This document shows positions 26,863 to 38,096 of a stretch of DNA of 64,000 bases, one piece after another (positions within the stretch are counted from its first letter, which is position 1; each line of letters starts with the position of its first letter). Location of the stretch: the NCBI GenBank assembly GCA_964016885.1, contig OZ024743.1:345836001-345900000 (forward strand), written 5' to 3'. Position numbers and translations under genes: made by a program. Source of the DNA: Eledone cirrhosa. Taxonomy: Eukaryota. The notes below the pieces were generated by a model that was not told the origin of the DNA, searched no databases, and saw only the letters and a list, made by a program, of their open reading frames with translations.

Positions 26863-27993
26863 TCTTGGTCACGGGGTTTTCTTTTTGTTGTTTTTTTTAA
26901 ATTGTTATTATCATGAGTGGTTCCTTAATGTGAGCATTGCGTGGCTTAAGAATGAACTTATTAATAATTGTCTCCACTCCAGGCACAAGGCCAGCAATCA
27001 CTCAGTGCATTACAATAATATAATATACTTTTTGCTGAAGTTGCCTGTTATTGTTGTTGGCTATGTCGGTGGTGGTGCTGGAGCTTTTTATATTGTTGGT
27101 GAGGAAGGGGGGAGCCAGCAGTGCCATAGTTGTTGACGTTTGGCCGGTGGCCAGGTCACTAAGTCAATCTATTTATATCTTTTGCTAGCCTCTCCCTTGT
27201 CTAGTGATACCGCCACCTTCCCTTTTCTTAAGTTAACAGGGGAATAGTGGTGGTATCAATGAAGGAGTGGTGGCGGCGGTGATGGGATAGTGGTAGCAAT
27301 GATGGATGGAGTGGTGGCGGCGGTGGCGTTGTCGTTACTGAGTTTTGTGATATGTAGTATCTATGAATTTGTGTCGCGTATGTTTAATATATATTGTGTT
27401 GACATATTCCCGTAAAATTGGAATTAAACATTTTGTTAAAACTTGAGACAATAATAATAGTAATTATTATTATGATGCTGGGATTGGTGGTGGTGGTGGT
27501 GAAATTGCCGTTATCTGGCTGTTATATTTAGTGTGATGGGGTAGGTGGTGTTTCAAGTTTCTGGTGTTGGTGAAATTGCTGTTATTTGGCTGTTCTATAT
27601 AGTGTAGACACAGGGTGTTTTCTTCCATTTATAACCATTTTCTTTTTTGAATACAAAATATATAATACAAAATTGAATATTTGAGCGATATAACAATATA
27701 ATATGGATCCGAAACATTATGAGACTTGATTCGGTGGTTTATGCATCATTTGTACTAAGAATTGTTATTCCACAATTGATTTAAATATGTTAAAAATCAA
27801 AAACTTACGGGAGCGATTTCATGATATAATTTCTTATTATATCTGCCTTCAAAAAAAGTGGGTCTCAGATTGTTTTTTCATATATGAGTGAAGTTTGGTT
27901 GGTTGAATAAGCACATCAGGTTACGCGCCAGTTTGTGTTTGAATTTCTTACTTTAAAAAAAAGTGGCTCAGGAAGGCTTTTTTTATAAATGTC

Positions 27994-28395
27994 ATTTGAT
28001 TGGTTATAAATGAAATTATGACTGTCAAGTGAACAAGTAAATTAAATTTCACCCGTATTTTGGAATTTTTTGTAGCCATTTAGAGAATTGTGTGCCAAAT
28101 AAAAGATAATGGTCAAGAAAAAAGGATCGAGAGAGTTGTTCTGGTTCATTGAGTATGACTGATGTTCTGGTTCAGTGAATATGACTGATGTGCTGAAATA
28201 TAATTTGATTAGTTATAAATGAAATTATGACTGTCACGTGAACAAGTACATTAAATTTCGCATTAAATTTCGCGCCCGTATTTGTGAATTTCTTTTGTAG
28301 CCATTTAGAGAATTTTGTGCTAAACAAAAGATAATGGTCAAGAAAAACGGGATGGGGAGAATTCTTCTGGTTTAGTGAGTATGGCTGGTGTGCTG
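27994..28395. repeat. Diverged tandem duplication of ~205 bp
   Basis: atttgatt.gttataaatgaaattatgactgtca... occurs at ~27994 and ~28203. Confidence 0.85.
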
Positions 28396-28849
28396 GGGTG
28401 TCAACATTCAGACTTTCTACTGAAATAAAGAAAGTAGAGATATGTATGTTTATTTGTGTGCTGGTGTGTGTGTAGGAAGATGATTCTATTAGTAGAAATT
28501 GGGGATGGAGTTGTGTGTGTGTGTATTGATGCTATATATGTGTGTGTATGTGTGTGTGGGAATATAGTTAGCATGTTTAGATGGAGAGAATTATATATTA
28601 TTCTTTTGTGTGTGTGTAGGAAAATGATTCCGTTAGTAGACATGGGGGAGGGAGTTATCTGTGTGTGGGGTGTGTGGTTAGCCTGTTAAAGTGTTAGAGT
28701 ATTAACGTATGTTAAGCTTTATTTAGCTCTGGTTTTTATTTTCGAAAATAGAAGGTGTTATGTGTGTATGTATGTATGTGTCTGTTTGGATGGTTAGCAT
28801 GTTATGGTGTTGACATAATGTATATTAAACTATATTTAATGCTGCTCTA

Positions 28850-30780
28850 TTTCTTTCAATAAACATATTTTCCTTATTTATTCATATTTGTTCTGTTGTA
28901 TTGTCAACGCAAAGATAAAATGGGAAGTCTTGGAATGTTGGTGTCTTATTACTTGCGCATGTCTAGATGTGCACTGAGTGGTATCTGTCTTGTGGTAGGG
29001 CCTCGTAATCGTTGGCGATGAATTGTCATTCTGTTTCTGAGTGTGAGTTTAGTTTGTCCTGTATAATCTTCATTGCATCCTTTACATTTAATGGCATAAA
29101 CTAAATGTTTTGATGAGCAAGTGAAGTGATTTTTTACAGCAAAATTTTGTCCTGATTGAAATGTATACATGTTGCCTTCAATGAGGTGAATGCAGGGTCC
29201 ACAATTAGAGTGACCACATTTTTTGACAGTTGGTTGTGGGTTTGTGGTAGGTAATTTGGCATTGGTGAGTAATGTTTTTAGTGATTTCGGTTGTCTTTTG
29301 CTTTTGATTATTTTGAGTGTTTCAAGGGCTTTTTTCATTCATGGGTCTTGTGTCAATAGTGGGATGTTCTTGTGAATAATGTTGTAAGCTCCAATTTCTT
29401 GGGTTGTGTGTTGAGATATATGATAGAATATTGGACGTACCTTGAATTTGTTTCTGTTTGCGTAATTCATCAATGCCTATTGATTTAGCCCTTTCTATTC
29501 CATTATTTATTAGTAATGGTGGGTAGTGTCTTTCGAGCAGAATTTCCTTTAATTCTTTAAGTCTTTTATTTCGCGTTTCATAATTGGAAACAATTGTGAA
29601 AATTCTTCTTGTTAGGTTAAAAGCGATGTTCGTCTTCGTGTGCTTTGGGTGGTTGGAGGTGAATAGCAGGTATTGTTTGGAATCTGTTGGTTTGTAATGT
29701 ATGTCAGTTTCAATATTTGTGTCTTTTTTATGATTAAGATGTCCAGAAATGGGAGTTGATCTTGGATATGGTTATTGATGCCGTTAATTAAATTGTTGAA
29801 ATAATTTAGTTGGTTGAGTGTGTGAGACCAAAGAATGAGACAATCATCCAAGTAGCGTTTCCAATTCTTTGATAAATATTTGTGGAAGTTCAATCCGTAT
29901 TTTGATTTGGGCTGTTCATATATCTGGACTTCCAAGTATGCCATGACTAAGTTGGCATAGGTTGGAGCGGCTTTTGTACCCATCGCAGTCCCCGATATTT
30001 GCTTGTAAGTACTGCCATCGAAATAAAAAAAATTGTTCCGTAAAATAAATGTTAATCCCTCGGTAATGAAGCTTTTTTCTATTCTGTCAGGTATCTCATT
30101 GGGATATTTCTCTAGCCAGAATCCTATTGCTTCTAGTCCACATTGGTGTGGGATCGTTGTGTAGAGATTCACTACATCGAAAGATACAATAATAGTGTCG
30201 TTGTTGACATGTTTGAGGAGGTGGTTGAAGAGGTCTAGATCGTCTCTTACAAGGCTTGGTATGTGTTTGAGAATTGGTTTTAGTAGTATGTCTATAAAGT
30301 TGCTTAGTCTGTGTGTTTCACATTGTTGGCCCGCTATAATTGGTCTTAATTTAAGGTCTGTGGGGTTTTGTCTATGGGTTCTGGGATTATCGTCATAATT
30401 TTGCTGGGGGTATGTTGGAAATGTTGTTACTTTTTTTGTTATTTGTTGTGAGTGTGGCGTGTGAGTTTTAGTTTGTTTTAAAAATGGGTTACCTATATGT
30501 TATTCGTTTTTGAAATCCATTTCGTAGTTGTTGAACCAGGTGGCGTTTTTTTCCCATCGCTGGTGGGATGTTAGTTCTTCACCCTCACAATTTTCTTTCC
30601 AAAGTTTTAAGGTTTTTTCATAGAGTAAGCCCTCAGAGTGCCTTGAGATTTCTGTTTCCATCTGTTAGTCTATTTTAAACTTTTCTAATGCCATCTTTTC
30701 TCTAAGATTTTGTTGGTTTCCTGCTTCATTCGGGATGGGTTTTATTTGTAGTTTTTTGTGGAGGATGATTGGGGTAGAAT
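28850..30780 (-). mobile_element. Degenerate Penelope-like element (RT + GIY-YIG), different family
   Basis: NLYTTIP, GTAMGTKAAPTYANL, WKRYLDD, LPFLDI; CGHSNCGPC...LVYAIKCKGCNEDYTGQT...RMTIH. Confidence 0.88.
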
Positions 30781-30819
30781 TTAGTCACTTAACCAAATTA
30801 CTTCTCTAAAAGTCAAGCA

Positions 30820-30965
30820 TTTCGAGCCACTTTTTTCCATATAAAAAAGAAGTAACATTCAAACACCAACCAGATATGAGAAAAACCTTGAACCCTCCAT
30901 GTCAATTTTACTTTTGAAAAACACAAGAACTGCGAAACCGGTAAAGGAACCAAATAAATATATTA
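30820..30965 (+). repeat. Dispersed repeat, homologous to the reverse complement of 53363-53505
   Basis: aagaactgcgaaaccggtaaagga.ccaaataaata is shared. Confidence 0.75.
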
Positions 30966-31080
30966 AAAAAAAGACTCAGCTGCATTTTCGATTTCAACTT
31001 TTTTCGTTATATATATATATATATTTCGTTTCTGAATTTGTTTAGCAAGATTCTTTATCTGAAAACGTGTGTTGAAACCG

Positions 31081-31252
31081 ATATTGTTATACTTTGGGAG
31101 GGTCATGTTGCCAATAAGAAACACACGCAGCAGTTGCTTTCACTTCAATTTATCATAATAAATTTATAAATTTATTATAATGAATTGAAGTGAAAGCAAC
31201 TGGTGCGTGTGTTTCTTATTGGCAACATGACCCTCCCAAAGTATAACAATAT
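31081..31252. repeat. Spacerless 172-bp palindrome
   Basis: 86-bp arms centred on TTTA|TAAA (31166/31167), 3 mismatches. Confidence 0.95.
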
Positions 31253-32019
31253 ATATATGTGTCTGTGTGTGTGTGTGTGCGTGTGTGTGTGTGTTTGTGT
31301 GTGTTTGTGTGTGTTGTGCATGGGCGTGTGTGTGTTTAGAGAAAGAGAGAAATTGAAATTGAGCAAGAAGAATAGAGAGGTATGTGCAAAGCAAGAAAGA
31401 GTACGTCAATGTGAAAGGGAGTCTGAGGGAGAAATGGGTAAGAAAAAGATAGTGTAAATGTGAGTAAATTCACTTCTATAATTCCTTTTAATTCACCTCT
31501 TTCGTATGTAAATATAAATTTTGAAATTCTTTCTTGTTTCCTTCATATAATGATGGATTTTCTTTTCAATTTTCTACATTCTACTTCTCATTTCTTATTT
31601 ACATTCCGTGCTCATGTAACTTTTGGGGGGGGGGGGGTTATTTTTTTTTCAAAATAGTAATAGAAAACAACACAAGAAAATGAAAAATAAACTAAATTAG
31701 AAATAAACTAAAAAGGTGACAAGAAAATATTCTCAAATACATCATATAAAGTTAATTCTATAATATAAATTTAGATTTAAGTACGAGAAAGTATTAAAAT
31801 ATAACGAGTTTATAAAGAAAACTGAGTATGTAGTTAGGAATCTGATTGTCATTGGAAATGAAAATAGTAGGGCAGAGATTGGTGAGAATGGAATGAAGTC
31901 TACATTTAGACAGCTGGATATATAAGCTGACAGAAATAATTAATTTTTAGATATATTTTTCGCACTCACATTGCTCACAGGATTTGAAGCGAATGTATAT
32001 ATGTTTTAATCTTTCCATG

Positions 32020-32104
32020 GAAGTGCATATATATGTATGTAGGTATGTAAGAACGTATACATATTCATACATACATATATATATACATATACATACATAG
32101 ATAC

Positions 32105-32142
<38 letters not shown>

Positions 32143-32598
32143 ATATATTTGTACATACATATATATGTATATGTGTGTGTGCATATGTGTGTGTGTGTGT
32201 ATGTGTGTGTGTGTGTTAATCATACACACATATATAGCAATACATGTATGTGTGCGTGTATAACGCGGGTAAGGGCGCGTGCGTATGATTAATAAACATG
32301 TTTGCATGTAAATAAATAGTCTTAAGCAAATGGTCACAAAAACATAGAAAGACACATACATATACGCTCACACTTACATATATACACATCCACCTCCATA
32401 TATACATATAGACAAATACATACACATTCATGCATTCATATATACATAAGTACATACTAAAAACATACATACATGTATACACTCATAAATACATGCCTAC
32501 ATTAATATATACATACATACAAAAAACATACATAAATACATTTATACATACATAAATACATTTATACATACATATATACATATATACATAGATACATG

Positions 32599-32672
<74 letters not shown>

Positions 32673-33035
32673 CAAGCATACATACGTACATACATACATA
32701 TATACATACATACATTCCAAAAGTTTTGCATCTAATAACTGCATATACACATGTACAGATACAAAGCATATACACATGCACACATACAACTCAAAATATA
32801 CACATCCACACATACAATAACATCCATATCTACACATGCATACATACTTATCTACCTAGTTGATGTTGTGTAAATTCCAATGAGAGAGTCTTGTGTCTAT
32901 GTTAGAAACTGACTCTCTCTCTATTGGTAAAACTTTGTGAAATTATAAAACCAGAAGAACATACATACATATATACATACATATAAATACATACATACAT
33001 ATAAATACATACATACATACATACGTGCATACATA
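32020..33035. repeat. Compound (TA)/(CA)/(TACA) microsatellite field
   Basis: Read directly. Confidence 0.9.
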
Positions 33036-33564
33036 CGTCGTGATATATTGAACCAACAAAATAGACGTCAAATAAATCCATTAATAAAGACGGTAATGCA
33101 GGAAGGATACAGCTTAGTGACATATATTTATTAGAGAAGCTCTGTAATGAGATGATTGACATAGGTGGTTGAGGGTCTCAAAATATGGCCAGCGGCTATG
33201 AAAAATGGCGGCGAAATTTCAATAATTGTTTCATGACGTTGATTACGTTTGCTGATGTTGCTAGTACTGTTGTTACTGATTTTATTGTAGTTGGAAAAGT
33301 TATTACTTCGTTGTTACTTGTTTTTGCTGTTTCATATGACGTTTTACTTTATATGTTTTTTTTTTTTTAATATTTGTTGCTGTTTGTTGTTTGTTGTGAA
33401 TTTTTATTGTGAGTTTTTTCTCTTTTTGTTGTCTACATACTCTTATAATTTTTCATCACATTTAACATTAAAATCGTCATTACAACTGACTCATAATCAT
33501 CATCGTTACTATCACATCCTCCTCTATTTCTCCTTCCTCCCCACAATCCTCATGTTTGCTGGTA

Positions 33565-33752
33565 TTGGATTAGCAGTATCGGTAGAGGGTAGGACGCCAT
33601 GCTTTGACGCATAGAGTTACGGCCCTTGCCATTCTGAGTTCAAATCCTGCCGAGGTTAACTTTGCCTTTCATCCTTACGGGGTCGATAAAATAAAGTACC
33701 AGTAATGCACTAGGTATTTGCTGGCTTTGTGCCAAAAAGTAGAAACAATTAT
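33565..33752 (+). mobile_element. tRNA-derived SINE (OK-like)
   Basis: Full match to other copies. Confidence 0.9.
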
Positions 33753-34200
33753 CGTTAACACAAATATATTTATAGATATCTTCATTAACACATAATTATT
33801 ATCAACTTCTCAATCATTTTCACATTCATTTTCACATTTTACATAATCAATCGCACCATATGCTTACCGCCATCACTATCATCATCATTACCACCACCAT
33901 AATCTCCATCATCAAAAACTGCACCATAATTAATATTACAATCATACTCATTCTATATTTGTTGTTATTGTCTCCGTCGTTCAGATCACTTTCCTAGTTT
34001 TCCTCATTTCATTTTTATCCCAATGTATACATCATATACTTCATTCACTATATGTTTCTTATTTCTTACCTCTCCTACATCTGTTGGTGGTGTCATCATT
34101 GTTGTTGTATAAATGATAAATTTTAATTTCATTTACTTCAAATATTTCAGTGCCGCCAACACAACCCTTGTTATTGTAAATCATTATACTATACGTATCT

Positions 34201-34599
34201 AGGGTGGTGGATTGGCAGTATCGGTAGAGGGTCGGACGCCATGCTTTGATGCATAGATTTACGGCCCTTGCCATTCTGAGTTCAAATCCTGCCGAGGTTA
34301 ACTTTGCCTTTCGTCCTTACGGGGTCGATAAAATAAGGTACCAGTTATGCACTGGTTATTTGCTGGCCTTGTGTCAAAAGTGGAAACAATTATAATATAC
34401 GTATCTAGGGCGGTGGATTGGCAGTATCGGTAGAGGATCGGACGCCATTCTATGACGCATAGAGTTACGGCCTTTGCCATTCTGAGTTCAAATCCTGCCG
34501 ATGTTATCTTTGCCTTTCATCCTTACGGGGTCGATAAAATAAAGTACCAGTAATACACTGGGTATTTGCTGGCCTTGTGCCTAAAGTAGAAACAATTAT
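34201..34599 (+). mobile_element. Tandem dimer of full-length SINEs
   Basis: Two copies with period 206, bracketed and separated by TATACGTATCT. Confidence 0.92.
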
Positions 34600-34679
34600 A
34601 ATATACGTATCTTTCGCCGCATTATTGATCAGGAATTTCATCATAATACACATTATCCTCATTTTCACCCAGCCCAACG

Positions 34680-34706
34680 GCATCATTATCATCATTACCA
34701 TCAACC

Positions 34707-34742
<36 letters not shown>

Positions 34743-34760
34743 GAATCATCATTATCGTCG

Positions 34761-34817
<57 letters not shown>

Positions 34818-35065
34818 CCATAACTAAACTCATTGCCATTATCATTATAATGATCATCATCATTATAATGATCATCATCATCATCATCATCGCAGTAGAT
34901 GTCTTCATCATCTTAATCAATATTATCGGCGTCATATTCTACTCCAGCCTCACATTAACAACAATATCATAATAACGCACCCACAACACATCAATACACT
35001 AGAGTCATATTCAGCATACCTAACCTCGTCTTTCGCACGGTCCTCACATTGATTATAATTAACAA

Positions 35066-35121
<56 letters not shown>

Positions 35122-35290
35122 CCACCACCATTATCATCATCATCATTACCATCATCATTATCATCATAGCGATGATGTGGTCGTGAATTATGATGATAAT
35201 GATGATGATGACGATACTGATGATGATGAGGGTGAAGATGGGGGGGGGGGGTGACGATGGGGGAAGGATGTGGATAATGATAATGGTTAT
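34680..35290. repeat. (CAT)n/(GAT)n trinucleotide tracts
   Basis: Read directly; explains poly-M and poly-I ORFs. Confidence 0.9.
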
Positions 35291-35763
35291 AGTGTGGTGG
35301 CGCTTTATGTTTCCGGGCGCCTGTATACGAAGTAGTTCAGGCATGAATTATCAAGGACGTATATAGTTTTGGCAATCATATTTTCATTGCTAAACAAAAA
35401 ATCTGACGAAATTCTTCTGAATGCCCGAAAGACATCTTTCAAAGATCGTGCCTCCGCTTTGACAAATAAATTAAAATTTCAAAAAAGATATTAGTGATGA
35501 TGCTGTTGAAGTAGCTGATGAAGATAATGAAGATGAAGATGATGAAGATGATGATAAAACACCACTACCACTACCACCAACGCCAACACCAACTACAACA
35601 ACGACAACAACAACAACAATAATAATACTATGAATATATTGCTGTGTCAGTTGGGATTGTTTTCATTGACAATAATATCCTTATTTTATACATTATTTTA
35701 TTAGGAGTGGCCGTTAGCCCCAGTGGTCGTTGTAGTAGTAGTGACAGTAGTGATAATATAATA

Positions 35764-35955
35764 ATAATTGTTTCTACTTTTGGGACAAGGCCAGTAATTA
35801 ACCAGTGCATTACTGGTACTTTATTTTATCGACCCCGTAAGGATGAAAGGCAAAGTTAATCTCAGCGGGATTTGAACTCAGAATGGCAAGGGCCGTAACT
35901 CTATGTTGCAAAGCATAGCGTCCCACTCTCTACCAATACTGCCAATCCACCGCCC
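35764..35955 (-). mobile_element. tRNA-derived SINE (OK-like)
   Basis: Full match to other copies. Confidence 0.9.
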
Positions 35956-35966
35956 TTTATAATAAT

Positions 35967-36038
<72 letters not shown>

Positions 36039-36039
36039 A

Positions 36040-38095
36040 AATACCGGGATGGCGGCCGGCGGGGAATAGCCATGTCTCTAGGGGAGAACGACCCCTCTAG
36101 TCTTGGTTGACACTCGTTCTAGAAGTGGTAACACGAAATGATTACCCCTTGGCGGATAAGGATAAAACGCGACAAAATAAAGTAGATGTCTAATGATGAA
36201 ATCTCATACCGGATCGGCCGTCACCCGGGTAAAAAATGGCCGCGTCCCTCAGAGAGGAACCAGACTGGGGTCGAAAAATCAGCTAATGGTTCAAACCTTC
36301 CCATCACTTCGGAGCTGGAGACCTCCCATAACCGGAATACTCCTACTGTTGGCCCTCCATGCTCACCACCAAGAAATCCAAAGAAAAAGAGAGAAAAATG
36401 GTCAAGGGAAGATAATAAAGAAGTCCTTGAGGCTTTCTACACTGCCATGTACTACCCATCAAATACATCGAATACAGAACAAACATATATCAACTGGAAA
36501 AAGAAACATCCCGAAAACAGAGGCTATATTGATAGTAACAAACTAGCCAATATACGAAGAAATATTGTAAGAAAAAAGTTACTAACTGATATAGAAATTG
36601 ATCAGATCAAGCTAGTAGCACAAAGTCAGCGAAGGGAAAATGAAGCATGTGTCAGTGAAAACGAGGTAAACTGTAACACTTTGAATCCCAGGGTTGGGGC
36701 GGAATCACTGGCAACAGAACAAATTAAAGAAAGGAGCGAAAAAGTGGAGGGAGTGCATGCTCAGGATGAAACTCCAAATGAAAATAATGAGATCGTAAAT
36801 GATAAAGAAATGAATGAGAATGAACTTGCCAACTTGAAGGATGAAATTATGATCGAATGGATGAAAATGAAAGAATCTGATATGGGGGAACGAAACACCC
36901 TCCCTAAGAACCAGAACTCCAAACAGAACCAAAAGATAATACACAAGACTAACATAATTCTCAAAAACATTATCATCACAAACAAACTAAACATTACTGA
37001 CTTAAATCATCTCTATTATGCATCAGCTAAAGTCACCGCTCACTTATGTGGAGTGAAGATGTAAAAACAGAAGTCCCATTTACTGCTGAAATGGAAAACA
37101 CAGAAAAAGCAAAGCAGGTAAAAGTAACTGCAAAGAAAGAACTGCTACAGAAACTGGCTAAGAAATGGCAAGAAAAGCCTCTGTATGGAAAATACCCAGA
37201 GCGAGCTAACAATCCTGATGTTGACAAAACTTTAACCCATCAGTGGTTGGCATCCTCTGGACTGAAATCGGAGACTGAAGGACTGATTATATCCGCACAA
37301 GATCAGTGTCTGCCAACAAAAAATTACCAAGCCAACATAATAAAAAATGGGTGCAGCCCATTATGCCGTGTATGCAAAAAACAACCAGAGACCATTGACC
37401 ATATAATTTCAATGTGCAGTCCTATAGCTCCAACCGAATACCTAAACAGGCATGACAGAGCTGCACAATACATACATTGGATAATGTGTAAGCATTTTGA
37501 CCTGCCCCATCAAAAGAATTGGTGGGAACATCAACCACCTCCCATACTTGAAAAAGATCACATCTCAATCTTGTGGAACTTTAGCATCCAAACAGACCGA
37601 AAAATAGATGCAAATAGACCTGATATAATATTGAAGGACTTTCAAAGGAGGGTATGCCTGCTAATTGATATGTCTGATCCAATAAACAAGAATGTATCTA
37701 TAAAAACATTTGAAAAATTGAGCAAGTATAAGGACCTGGAGATAGAAATTGGAAAAATGTGGAAATTGAGAACTAAAACAATACCAGTGGTTGTAGGCGC
37801 TCTGGGAATGATACCTAAGGGGTCTAACGACTACTTATCGCAAATCCCAGGAAACCCGCGTATAGAAGAATTACAAAAGATAGTACTAATGGGAACTGCC
37901 CATATACTAAGGAAGATCCTGTCAATATAAGTACATCACAAGTCTAAACACTAAGGATGCATGTGTGAATATGTATGTTCTTTCTTGAACATGGCGGACC
38001 TTGTTGTCTCTTGAGGTCACTGGTTGTGACTTGGTGATAACTCGTATAAGCATAAAGCAAGATAAATGCAAATAATAATTATAATAATAATAATA
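36040..38095 (+). mobile_element. Family B R4/Dong-like LINE with complete ends but the RT domain deleted
   Basis: 5'UTR + N-terminal ORF 36186-37064 joined near 37068 to zinc knuckle/RLE ORF ending 37930; 3'UTR and (TAA)n tail. Confidence 0.92.
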
Positions 38096-38096
38096 A

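Noticed and set aside
35085-35285. Hairpin between (CAT)n and (GAT)n tracts
   Set aside because: Low-complexity complementarity only
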